Shown here in pieces: positions 50,497 through 63,603 of a DNA stretch of 64,000 nt. A program made the position numbers and the translations under genes. The notes below the pieces were generated by a model. That model ran no database searches. It was given only the letters and a program-made list of their open reading frames with translations, and was not told the origin of the DNA. Location: positions 20,894,001 to 20,958,000 of the forward strand of contig NC_043022.1 of the NCBI RefSeq assembly GCF_006345805.1, written 5' to 3'. The stretch's first letter is position 1, and every line of letters begins with the position of its first letter. The stretch comes from Octopus sinensis (taxonomy: Eukaryota).

Positions 50497-52211
50497 TTTT
50501 TTTTTTTTTCTAGTTTCAGCTCAGAGCTGCGGCCATGCTGATGCGCCGCCGTTTTGTGCTACACTGTTATTACGACGAACCTCGTCTAATATGGCACTTG
50601 GTGAAGGAATGGAGTTTGATACAGCTACTCTCATTTGCACCTCTTGCGTGAGGTAAGTTCATCTGGGACTCTTGACTGGAAGATGTCCAGCTTTGATTTA
50701 AAAAAACCGCTACATCTACTTTGTGCAAGTTCCTCAGACTCTTTGGGAGAATATTAAAAAGCTGTGGCCCTTGAAACCCAGGCAGTTGCAGAAGCTGGTT
50801 CTGAAGCGTGATGGCATTGCTGGGATCTTTGGCACTATGCAGTGTCGTCCCGTTCTAGCATTGGTGTAGCTTACAATGCCAAAATTTTGGCACAATTCCT
50901 TCCAGGATCTTCCAGACATATATCACTGCATACCTCTCCCGTCTTCTCTCCAGGGAGTAGAGTCTTAGCTGTTTTCAACAACCTTCCAGTAGCTGAGCTG
51001 TTGCAAAGAGACGATCTTCTTTGTGATTTCTCTGGATTGCTTCAAGGTCCGCTGTTAATTTTACACTGGTGGGTGACCATAGTGTGAGCAGTAATCCAGG
51101 CGACTGAGGACGAATTACCGCCAGAGGACCATCATGGTTTCCTAATCTCTGGTTCTGAATGTTCTTAGGATCCACCACCCAGTCGTCTGCACTTTGTCGC
51201 CATCCTGGTAATGTGCACTTGGAAAGAGGTATCATCACTCATGTCGATACCAGGTCCCTCACAGACTAGGCACTGGAATTGAAATTCCCTGTGGACCGGC
51301 GTATCCTGTAAGTTTAATATTCAGTTTTGGATGCTGGTAGCGCAGGGCCTGGAATTTTTCAAGCATTAAACTGCATATCATTATCCTCAGCCCATCTGTA
51401 GATTGAGTCCAACTCCTGCTGCAGGTGTGCAACATCGCTGGGGTTTGTATTTTCTGCGAGACTTTCGTATCGTCTGCATAGCTGGCCAGAGTGGCTATCC
51501 GGGCATTGAGGCATATCTGAGAGGGCCACTATAAAAAGCAGTGGGCCCAAGAAAGTGCCCTGTGGAACACCGCTCACTATTTTGTGTGTTCATAGAGGTG
51601 GCTCCATTAACCACTACTGCCTGACTCCTATCTTTCAGGAAGTCATGCGACCACACTCCAAGTTTTCCAGCTATGCCGAGATCACGTAGTTTGTGGCATA
51701 TCATACCATGATCCACCCTGTCAAAAGCTTTTGCAAAATCAAGGTAGATTACGTCCACATTTGATTTGTTGAGTAACTGCCTCAACACCCAGTCATAATG
51801 CTGTAAGAGCTGGGTCGAAAACCATGCTGGGTATTACTCAGCAAGTTATTTTCCTCAAGGAATGCGATTAGTTTCTTTCTGACTATCCGTTCCATGACTT
51901 TGCTGATGTGTGAAGTCAGAGAGATAGGCCTATAGTTTGGCATCTGCTCTACTTCCCCCTTTATGTATTGGGCATATTATTCCCTCCAGCTTGCTTGGCA
52001 GTTTGCCATTCGCAAGAAAGCTCTGGAAAAGATTCTTGAGGGGTTTTGCCAGGGCATGCTTACACGCTTTGAGGAGGATGCTGGGAAACCGTCTGGACCA
52101 GCAGCTGAGTTTGTGTCCACTTCATCTAGGCTAGTAGGACATCTTTTTCGCTAATGTCAATACATTCTGTTGTAAACCGCCTCGCTGGTTATAGGTGAGG
52201 CGGCAAAGAAG
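50497..52211 (-). mobile_element. CR1-type LINE, RT half with frameshifts, intact 3' end; runs into the gap
   Basis: SAAGPDGF, YRPISLTSHISKVMER, VDVIYLDFAKAFDRVDH, SGVPQGTFLGPLLF, YADDT; stop at 50586-50588; short 3' UTR and poly(A). Confidence 0.93.
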
Positions 52212-52311
52212 NNNNNNNNNNNNNNNNNNNNNNNNNNNNNNNNNNNNNNNNNNNNNNNNNNNNNNNNNNNNNNNNNNNNNNNNNNNNNNNNNNNNNNNNN
52301 NNNNNNNNNNN
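52212..52311. other. Assembly gap (100 N)
   Basis: Run of N. Confidence 1.
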
Positions 52312-53943
52312 ACATATACTCATATACACATACACCCATATGATGTATATTATAATATATATCTTATAATATTATATATATACATATATATATATTATAT
52401 ATATATATATATATCTATATATATATATATATATATATACATACACCCATATGTGTGTATATTAATATATATATATATAAATATACACCCACACACACAC
52501 CCATAGGTGTATATTATAATAATACCCATATAACAATTTATACTATGTGTGTATACAAGAGGGGGGTGTTGAGTATTCCGTGTATTTTCTATCGATCCGA
52601 TGAATGTTGTTTCCCTGAGATTCCGGATATTCAGTGGAAAGGAAAAAAAAAACAAAAACATGTAAAAAAAAAATAAAAAAGCCCAATGAATGAGTCATAG
52701 ATCTTTGCTCATCCACATATATCACATACCCTTATTGTTCTTGGAGGTTTTTTTTTTTTTATCTTTTCTTTTCTTTTTTTTTCTTCCCCCCACATGCTAA
52801 CCCCTTTAGATATATCTACCTACACGAAATTAAAACAGCACCGCTTTAATATTATATTCCCTGTTTCACGCTCTCCTCCCATTTTTAACCAATTCCACAT
52901 CTCTTCCTTCTTTTTCTTCCTCTTCTCCTCCTCCTCCGTTTTCCTCACCACCACCACCACACCTTTTTTTCTTTCCATTTCTCAATGACTGATCTTCATT
53001 CTTCCTTCCTTTCTTTCTCTCTCTCTCTCTCTCTCTCTCTCCTTACTCAACACTCAACGCCTTGTTGTCGTTGTTTTTGTTATTATTTGCAAAAGTGTGC
53101 ATGCAGTTTCTTCCACTATAAAATTCTGTTTTTCTTTTCATCATCGAATCCTCATCATTTATTATTATCATTATCATCATCATCATCATTATCATTACAT
53201 TTGTATCTGAAATATTTCTGCTTAGAACCCTTCTTCCTTCATCCGTCCTTCAGTGGTTGGTTTCCTTCCTTACAGCCAAGCTTCACGTTTCCACCCCGGC
53301 TTAGCTGAGGTAATTATTATTAATAATCTAGTTTCTCTGCTGATAATGTTGGAAACTAGGTCATATCACTGGCTTTAGAAAGCGACACAGTTGGATCAAC
53401 TCAGTGGCCGTCCTCCCAAATCTCTTACATCCACATTCTAACCAACATCTACGTATATATCTATAATTGTGGTGTATTATTATTATTACCATTATTATTA
53501 TTATTATTTATACTCGCAGTTCGAGTGGGGTGCTTTTCTGCCATCTATATATATTGCAGCTGTGAAGTTCACAAATGCGGAAAATACGGGAGATATTTCA
53601 ATGTAGATATATCGTTTATATAACGAACAAACATAGATTTATGATATGTGGAGGACAATGTTGATAACTAGATGTACTTCTAAATAGAAAACACACACAC
53701 ACACACACACACATATATGTATATATATATAGATATATATATAATATATATATATATATATTATATATAATATATATATACATATATATATAAAACACGT
53801 ATACACATTTGTACATATATATGTATATATATATATATATATATAGATAGATAGATAGATACATGTGTACATTATATATACATATTTATATATATGTTCA
53901 TATGGACACACAGAAATGTATGTAGAAGATGGACGTTAAACGA

Positions 53944-54016
<73 letters not shown>

Positions 54017-54719
54017 GTGTGTGTTTGTGTGTGTGTATGTGTGTATATATATATATGATTATAATATATATAATAAATAAATATAATTTCCTTCTCTCTC
54101 TTCTCTCTCTCTTCTCTCTAGTATATATAATATATATATATATATATTATATATGCCATATTGTTGTCAGCTGTGGCTACCCATCTACTTCTGACTATAA
54201 TAAAAATAGATAATAACAACAACAACAATAGCAAGAATAATGTTTAGTTTAATTTATTTTATTTCCATTGGTATGTGAAGGGTGTGTTTATGTGGTGACT
54301 ATTATTATATATCGTGTGTGTGTATATATGAGTGCACACCATGTAAGCGTAAAAAGGTGCGAGTGTTTGCTTGTTCGTTGCACTGTGGTTTCTAAATTCT
54401 TCGCTTCTTTCCAGGTTTGTAAGTTGAGTGAATGAGCGAGCGGGTGAATGAGGGAGTGAATGAGCGAGCGAGCGAGTGAGCGAATGGTAAGGTGTGTCTC
54501 TTGCCGACCAACTGGAAATCTTGTTTCCTACGTAAATAAGAATATGTATGATACGTAGAACCTGCCAAGTAATAAAACTATAAAAACTACATCGTTTCGA
54601 AGTGTTGTCAACTTTCGCCAGCAATCCTCGCATATCGCACAAATATTTTAGCAATTAGTATCATCATCATCATCATCACCACCATCATCATCATCATTAT
54701 TATTATTATTATTATTATT

Positions 54720-54857
54720 ATTCCGCCGAGGTCGACTTTGGTGAGGTCGATAGAACAAGTACCAGTTGAGTACTGGGGGAATCGATGTAATCGGCTCACA
54801 CTCCTCCCTCCGAAGTTGCTGGCCTTGTGCCAAAATTTGAAACCATTATTGTTGTTG

Positions 54858-54892
<35 letters not shown>

Positions 54893-55005
54893 TCGGGGTC
54901 GATAAAATAAATACCGTTTGATCATTGGGGTCGATGTAAACGACTTGCCCCTACCCCCATCTCCCTAAATTGCTGGCCTTGTGCCAAAATTTGAAACCAT
55001 TATTA
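54720..55005 (+). mobile_element. SINE family A 3' fragments with (ATT)n tails, CpG intact
   Basis: TTCCGCCGAGGTCGAC..GCCTTGTGCCAAAATTTGAAACC, twice. Confidence 0.75.
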
Positions 55006-57176
55006 TTATTAATTATTATTATTATTATTATATTATTATTATTATTATTATTATTGTTGTTGTTGTTAATTATTATTATTATTAATGTACTGTCCTCGAT
55101 TTCGATGTCAACTGGTTATTAAACTATAAATAATATACCAGTAATTAACTGAGGTGTTGTTGGATCATCGACCTTCTACACCTTCCACCCCCCCCCCCCC
55201 CCCACCCCGTCGCCCTAAATTAACGTTTGTGACATGTTGATGTTAAACGAATATCACTGATACTGTTGTGGTGATTGTTGTTGTTATTAGTATTGTTCAT
55301 CATCATCATCATCGTCATCATCATTTTTATCATCGTCAACTATTAAAGCGTGCTTCTGTGGTAGTGGCGGTGGTGGTGGTGGTGGTAGTGGCGGTGGTGG
55401 TGGTGGTGGTGGTGGCAGCGACGGCGGCTTGATCTAGTTTCTGTTTCCTTGTATACATATATATATATATATATATATATCTAAATTATTTTCGCAATCA
55501 GTATGATAATGTGTGCTGGTGTAATTAGGTCACCTTCTTTGAATCTCTCTCTTCCATCCACCCCCGTAGATGTTCTGTTTATTCTACATTACCGCTTAGA
55601 ACTAACTCTCAGTGAAGTTAGGCTCTTCCATCAGAATTTCGGTTTCGAGCCCGAGTCTCACTCACGTTCACTTTTAATTAAACAGAAATTCTTCAATTTC
55701 TGACTTATGTAGGGGCTGGCAAGAATTATTTCATTAAAGATATTGTCAATTTGGTGCTTAAAATAATAATACCTTATGAATTTCTTGCCTCGCCTTTTAT
55801 TTTGGGAGGAATTTTTTTTTTGTTTTTTTTTAACCCATTTAATTAATATTCAGTTTATTCATTAATTATGATTTTCGTTCTTCTTCTTCTTCTTCTATCG
55901 TCTTTAAACTTGCCCACTTGTTATAAAAAAAAACCCCAAGAAATTCCCTCCCCACAAACAAACGCTTGGCTTCAGAAATCTTTTTCTCTCTCCAACGTTT
56001 TTCCAGTCTGCGTTACTAAACACGCATTTTGAAAGTTAATGCGGTCATGGAAGGCAACATAGCAAGAGTACTTTCTATCGAATTGTAACAAATCGATATT
56101 TTTACTACCACCACCACCACCACTACTACTACTATTACTACTACTACTAATGCTGCTGCTGCTGCTGCTCATCTTCCTCCCCCGACTCCGCTACTATTCC
56201 TGTTATTGTCACTGTTGTATTATTAATGATAGCTGCTGCATCCTTCACTTCTGTGAACGCGTGTTAGCTATAAGTACATGTCACCTTAGAAATTGTGTGT
56301 TTTTGCTAAGATAATATTGACATCTTTTTCTTCTTTTTTTTTGCCTCGCTTCATTTTCCTCGTCATTTTTCTTGTGGATCATTTTCCAATCGAATATCTG
56401 TCAAGCAAGGGGAAATAGGTTGTTTCTTTTTTAAATCTGTTTGGAATTTTCGTACAAACATTCGAGTCTCTTAGACTCTTACCTGAAATGTCATTACCAA
56501 CCACCCACTGACACACTTAATTCCATGCTCGCCTCTCCTTCCTCCTCTCCACACACCCCCCATCTCACTCCCTTGCATCCTTCTGCCATCACTTTCCGCT
56601 ACCTCCACCACCACCATCACCACCAGTAGTCATATTGAATTATTGATATCTTCTTCCTCTTCTTCTAAGATGTCTTCATTTAGCACAATTATTTAGGCCT
56701 ACTCACTTGTTCCAGCAAACCTTCACCGCACTAAATTTCTGACAGTCACTTCCACCCTCGTCCCTACATCTCCCCTCAAATAATATCGTTTCTTGTATTT
56801 CAGGAATTGTTGTAGTCATTGAGAACTTTGAAAAATACTGAAAGTTAACCTTGAATTTTTCTTTCCCCACCCCATCCTTTCTTTTCCTTTTTCTTCCTTT
56901 TTTTTTTTTTCGGATTGATTCTTCCTTTTGTTTCTGTCTTTGTTTCCATCACGTGAATGCTGCCTTGAGAGCCCTGCTAGTGCTGTGAGGAGACCATTCC
57001 ATTGGTTTGGCTATTATTGTATTATAATAATATATAGCATGTGAAAATATGGGTTCATTGTTGGAATTATTACACATTGCAGCCACAGCAGTTTGGTACA
57101 TCGGCATTCCAAATATTTTAATTTGGCTGTTTCACTAAATGTTGCTCTCTCTCTCTCCCCCTCCCTCCCTCTTTCC

Positions 57177-57215
<39 letters not shown>

Positions 57216-57851
57216 ATTGCATCCTCATCTCAGGTCAGTCATCTTAAAGGAAACAAATTGCTACATTAAATCCGAGAATTGAGAAATCTTGCGGGAAGCG
57301 TAAATGCCAAGTTGTAATGTCTGTCCATATCTTAATATATCGGTCACATTAGCAAAAAGATTCCACCTGGGGGAAACGAATCCAGCTTACAGAGTCAACT
57401 GACCGTGATGCCAAATTCTTGGTCACCATTCCTCCGAAGCTATACACCCATCCACCTGATGATTACTAAATTCTTTGTGTCCCTCAAGAATTTGGTAGAT
57501 TCACAATTTTAGAAATTTTACATTTAATTTCATAGTAAGAATCCCAAGATTTAATGAAAAAAATATCTTGAATTAGAGGTCAGGCATTTTACATGATTCT
57601 CTTCTTCAAAATAAGAATTTTTTCTTTCATTCAATTTCAATATAAAATTTAAATTAATTTTAATTTTTTTAATATCCAATTTATGAAATTGGCCATTTTT
57701 GTATTTTAGACATTGTTTAACTGCAGAAATGGTGAAATGTCTAATTAAATTGAATTACAACATTTAGTCTCTCTTCCATTTATATTCTGTGTTCAGATCC
57801 TGCTGGGGTTAGCTGTACCCTACATTTTTTCTGTGTTAATATAAGTACCCT

Positions 57852-58225
57852 GGGTAGTGAGCTGGCAGAATCGTTAGCACACTGGGGAAAATGCTTCATG
57901 GCATTTCATCTGACTTTATGTTCTGAGTTCAAATTCTGCTGGGGTTGACTTTGCCTTTCATCCTTTTGGGGTCAATAAAATAAGTACCAGTTGAGCACAG
58001 GGGTCAGTGTAATTGACTCCCTCCCTCCCTCAGACTTTGGCTTTGTGTCAAAATTTGAAAGCAATATTATTATTTCATCGACCCTGAAAGAATGAGAGGT
58101 CGACTTTGCCTTTCACCCTTTCAGGGTCAGTAAAATAAGTCCCAGTTATGTGCTGGGGTCGATGTAATCATTTTAACCTCCTTCCCCGATATTGTTGGTC
58201 TTGTGCCAACATTTGAAACCAATAA
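57852..58225 (+). mobile_element. SINE family A, CpG-decayed
   Basis: Alignable to family A, with nearly all CpG changed to TpG/CpA. Confidence 0.8.
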
Positions 58226-59828
58226 TATATCTACAATAGAGGCAGCTTGTCAGCCAGTGACTCACACCTGGTACCTAGGTGTAGTCTTTACCGTGGCACC
58301 ATAAACAGTACATGGCAGTGCATCACCCTTTGGCCAATGGTACTGGCAGGTTGGTTAAATCAAGTTGAGAGTAGCTGATGAATTTTAAACTGTTGGTCAA
58401 ATTCTTTAGCATTCAGATGTCTTTGTCAAATATATTATATATTCACATTGTTTTGAATTGGTCACACGTTATCTTCTGGCTTCAAAGATTTCAATGGTGT
58501 ATTTGTATATTTTTAGTATGACATTGTAGGATAGGTGTGAGAGGTTGGATCTGGTCAGTTTTTAGCATGAAACAGGTAGAATATTTCAGCCAGATATAGC
58601 CAGATTAAGCACTAAAGGGTTAAGAGCTTGTTACTCTTTACATGTGAAAACTGGGTTTCCTGTTCAGCTGTGTAGAGGACACACAACCATTGGTGACCAA
58701 ATTTCAGCAAGCAGAAAGACAATTTAGCAACATCTCTGAAGGACACATACTTCAGAGTTTAGTGAAACCTGTAGATCACCCTAGTCTCTCTACTTGACCC
58801 TCATATAGCTCCAGTCATTTTAACCCCCTTTGCGCTTCCACAGAGTCAGAGATGAGAAAGGGAGGTTGGTCATCCAGCACAACCGTTTCATACTTTAGTC
58901 CCAGACTAGTACAATTCACGATTTGAAAAACTTTTAGCGAGTGTGGTTGTTGAATGAAATACAGTTTAAGGCCTGATAGTAGAATGTCTTTTCATGAAAA
59001 TAAACCAGGATGAGTATCAATAAAAAAAATACAAAGCAAGTTAAAATTTATCGCACTGCAACATTTGTTTCCATCGCTAAAGTGGATATGTCAATCGGCA
59101 CAACAAATGGAGCTCTGTCAAAAACTTTACATGGTTTCACATGTTTCCCAAAGTTAAAGCTAAATGTTAGAAGAAACACAGAACATAGCGTCAAAGGTTC
59201 AGGTTACATACGAATCTCTCCTTGCTGAAAACTGCAAATTAGTAAAAACTGATCTCATATCAAAGATCAAAGCTCGCTTATAACCAACTTACCTCCTTGA
59301 GGAATTAGTGGGAAGATCGTCCCTTAAATAGCTGATGTAGAAACTCTAGGCTAGTCTATCATGTTAAGGGATGGACATTCAGTGTAAAGCTAAATGGACT
59401 TGACCATCGTGTGATGAACCAAAAGTAGGTAGCTAAAAGTAAAATGCCACATTGTGGGTAGCTAAAGGTAAAGAGCAATCATGCTCTTGCTACAAACTTG
59501 TTAGAGTCACAATCAGATGGTAGGCCTTTCATTGAGGTGGTTAGTGTATCCTGCACATCTATAACAGTGAAATATTGCTACTTAGTGAGTTTAATACCGA
59601 TGGAAGCAGTAAGGCAATAAGCTGCCAGAACCATTAGCATGTCGGGTAAAATGCTTAGTGGCTTTCATCTGTCCTTTAGTTCTGAGTTCAAATTTCACCA
59701 AGGTTGATTTTTGCTTTCCATTCTTTCTGGGTCAATAAACTAAGTACCAGTTGAGGATTGGGGTCAGTGTCATCAACTTACTCTACTTCCCTGAAATTGC
59801 AATCAATATTGGAATCAATATTTATATA

Positions 59829-60195
59829 GGCGCAGGAGTGGCTGTGTGGTAAGAAGCTTGCTTTCCAACCACATGGTTCCGGGTTCAGTCCCACTGCGTG
59901 GCACCTTGGGCAAGTGTTTTCTCCTATAGCCTCGGACTGACCAAAGCCTTGTGAGTGGATTTAGTAGACGGAAACTGAAAGAAGCCTATCATATATGTGT
60001 CTGTGTGTGTCTTCTCACCATTGCTTGACAACCGATGTTGGTGTGTTTATGTCCCTGTAACTTAGTTTGGCAAAATAGACTGATAGAATAAGTACTAGGC
60101 TTACAAAGAATAAGTCTCGTGGTTGATTTGTTCAACTAAAGGTGGTGCTCCAGCATGGCCGCAGTCAAATGCCTGAAACAATTCAAAGAGTAAAA
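59829..60195 (+). mobile_element. SINE family B, partly CpG-decayed
   Basis: Head to tail alignable. Confidence 0.88.
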
Positions 60196-60863
60196 AATAA
60201 GGCAGCCAGGTAAAATGCCTCTAAGCTATTCACTCGTACTTACATTCGGAGTTCAAATTCCATTGAGGTCGACTTTGCCTTCCAACCTTTCTGGGTCGAT
60301 AAAATAAGTACCAGTAGAAGATTGGGGTCAATGTCATCAACTTAAACCCCTCCCCCGAAATTGCTGGCCTTGTCCCAAAAATTTGAAACCGATATAGATG
60401 GGAGCTGTCATACTTTGCTGGTCACCTGTACTCAGTGTATGCTCTATTGTTGGTTGATATTCTTTAAAAAGTGCAGCCTTTATCTATGACGGAGAGTCTT
60501 TGTTATCTTCTAAAACAAAGGATGAACTAGAAAAATGGAAGCACAATGGTTAACCAAGACAGTAAACTACTTAATCATCAGTCTTGAGCTGCTGCAGGTG
60601 TTGCCTTGAATTTATAGACAGAACATTTTATTCCACATTAACACAGTTCATAAAACTCTTCAAAATAGAAACAAGATAATATAGGAATGTTATATGCATT
60701 ATAGTGTCACCTGATTCACAGAAGCTTGGTCTTGTATTTTATGCCATCAAATTTGCTGCTAAGCACCTGTTCTCCGAGGCCTTTTAGATTTTTAAAAGAG
60801 TCATTTACGTGACTAGTTTGATTGATTATACCCACCTCTTTAGTGACTAGTAATTATATTATA

Positions 60864-60896
<33 letters not shown>

Positions 60897-61248
60897 CTAG
60901 CAGTATCGCATGGCGTTGCTCGGGTAAAAATTTTGCATTATGTAGCTTGTTATTCTCTTTCAGTGAACATTTTTCTGCTTGAAATACACCAAAAAATAGC
61001 GACACGCAGTCAAAAAATTGTAAAAAAATAGGGATTTTCATAGAAAAAAAGCACATTTTTGATGTGAATAATTTTTGATGTTAACATGGTCCGATTTGAA
61101 TTTTTTCTTGTACGGAAGGAAGAGCAAGCCTTCTATCATACTCTCAATTTTGGTCAACTTACGCCTCAGGGTCTCGGAGGAGATAGTGTTAGTTGAAGGC
61201 TTCCAAACCTGCCATACACAGACAACTTCAGCTTTATATATAGAGAGA
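60897..61248 (-). mobile_element. Non-autonomous Helitron, family He1, second copy
   Basis: Reverse complement of 10881-11286 with an internal deletion; A|TC..CTAG|T. Confidence 0.82.
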
Positions 61249-61664
61249 TATTAAATAAATTGATATTGTTGTTGTCTTTCAATCAGTGATATAAAGTTAC
61301 AAAGCTGAAGTGAACGTGAAAATCCAACATGTTAGTTTTGGGGTTCAGTCCCACTGCAAGGCACCTTGGGCAAGTATTTTCTGCTATAACCTTGTGAGTG
61401 GATCTAATTAATGGAAGCTGAAAGATGCCCATCGTATATGTATACGTATGTGTTTGTCTCCCCGCCACTCCCTCTCATTTGGCAAATCGACCCCAGGGCT
61501 TATTCTTTGTAAGCCTAGTACTTATTCTATCGGCCTCTTTTGCCGAACCGCTGAGTTACAGGAACATAAACACACCAGCATCAGTTGTCAAGCGATGTTG
61601 CGGGGGACAAACATATACACACACATACATACAGACACACACACACACACATATATATATATAC

Positions 61665-61865
61665 CAGTGGTTTTCAACCAGGGTTCCGCCAGTACAGTCC
61701 AGGGGTTCCGCAAGAAGTTACAAAACTGCTAAAATCGGCAGTAATTTTTAAGTCTCCTGTGCAGATATGTGTGCATAAGACTATTAAATTATTGCACAAG
61801 GGTTCCTTGAGCCAGTGGAATGTTTCCCTGGGGTTCTGCTCCAGCAAAAAGTTTGAAAAACACTG
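61665..61865. mobile_element. hAT MITE family H1 inserted in a family B SINE (61480-62040)
   Basis: Perfect TSD ATATATAC at 61657-61664 and 61866-61873. Confidence 0.9.
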
Positions 61866-62396
61866 ATATATACACATATATACGACGTGCTTCTTTCAGT
61901 TTCCATCTTCCAAATCCACTCACAAAGCTTTAGTCGGCCTGAGGCTATAGTAGAAGACACTTGCCCAAGGTGCCACACAGTGGGACTGAACCCAGAACCA
62001 TGTGGTCGGTAAGTAAGCTACTTACCACACAGCCACTCCTGAAAAAAAAAGCCCAAACAAATACTGGGGTTAATTTGTTAAAATATTTGTATAAATGGCT
62101 CTGGAAGGCAGACTTAAAATACTACTTTTTGTCTTTGATAAAACAACACTTTGACTCAAATGGAGGCAGGCTTAAGCATGGGTGGGGGTGATTTAACTAT
62201 GTTTACTGTAACGTATGGGGCCAATAGTTCAAAGTCTAATGCTGCAAACGCTATTCTATTACAATGCTTAACCAGATACTGTGTGTTGCATGTGTATACA
62301 CGTAAACACCCCTAGGCACACAGTGTGTGTGTGTGTGTGTACTTCTGCATATATATGCTTGTATAAATGTGTGTTCAACTATCTGTGTTATGTATG

Positions 62397-62469
<73 letters not shown>

Positions 62470-63238
62470 GTATGTATGTGTATATAATATCTATGCATGT
62501 GTGTATACATCTGCATATATATGTATATATGTGTGGTGTGTACATCTATCTATCTATCTCTCTCTATATATATATATATGTATGCATGTGTGTGAGTATA
62601 TATGTATGTCTATATATGTATATAATTATGTGTGTATGTGTATATCTCTCTTTCTCACTTTATATATATGTGTGTGTGTCTATAAAGGACGTGTTTATAA
62701 GTATATATATGTGTGTGTGTGTGTGTGTGTATTTGAATGTATATATGTCATCATCATCATCATCCAATATCTGCCCTTCATGCTGGTTTGGCAGGATCCA
62801 GTTAGCCGAAGGGCTGCATCATGTTCTTCCAACAGCCTTAGAATACCTCCTAAAGGAAGATGCCTTTCCTAATGCCAACCTCTCTACAGTGTGAACTGAG
62901 TGCTTTTTCCCCCACCACGAAATAACTTGCAACACAGGAAAAGAACAGTGGGCAGGTAGCTAAAATATTCGAGAGGGATGACTGCAGGTGTCTTACTAAA
63001 CAGAAAATATGTGGCTACCTAGCATTATATAAGGGTGGATAAGAGTAACTGGGAAGCACACATATGTACTTTATACATATAGTACAAAGTAAGATATGGG
63101 ATATCAGTTATCCAATATACTGCTGGTGAAGCACCCAAATACTAAATACATAAATGCTTATAATTGGAATGCAATTAATTCATTTATTGTATTGAATGGG
63201 TGAAGGTCAAAAATATTTTACTGTAAATTCATAATACA

Positions 63239-63314
63239 AATAAGAAAATGGAGGAACAAATTCATTTCGATCAAGTTGATGATCGAAATGAATTTGTTCC
63301 TCCATTTTCTTATT
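63239..63314. repeat. Perfect palindrome, 35-bp arms, 6-nt loop
   Basis: 63239-63273 is the reverse complement of 63280-63314. Confidence 0.9.
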
Positions 63315-63319
63315 TCTAT

Positions 63320-63357
<38 letters not shown>

Positions 63358-63421
63358 TATAATATATATATATATAATGATAAATCTCAGAGCGAGTTAT
63401 GAACAGTAGCGGTAACACATC

Positions 63422-63603
63422 GTGACACATATTTGCCATTTGAATATGGCTAACCCCTAAGGGTGGATGCTACTGTAGATGCTACTGATAGGGCACAGAA
63501 GTGTGTCTATAGCCAGCTGGAGGAGGTATCTTCCTGGGGCTACAAACTACAGTAGCATCCACCCTTAGGGGTTAGCCATATTCAAATGGCAAATATGCGT
63601 CAC
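63422..63603. mobile_element. MITE with about 57-bp TIRs
   Basis: GTGACACATATTTGCCATTTGAATATGGCTAACCCC.. is inverted at 63547-63603. Confidence 0.8.

Noticed and set aside
59293-59331. 39-nt minus-strand micro-exon with AG|GTAAGT donor
   Set aside because: Such an octamer is expected about twice by chance on both strands of 64 kb; the acceptor is weak and the peptide YLRDDLPTNSSR is unrecognised
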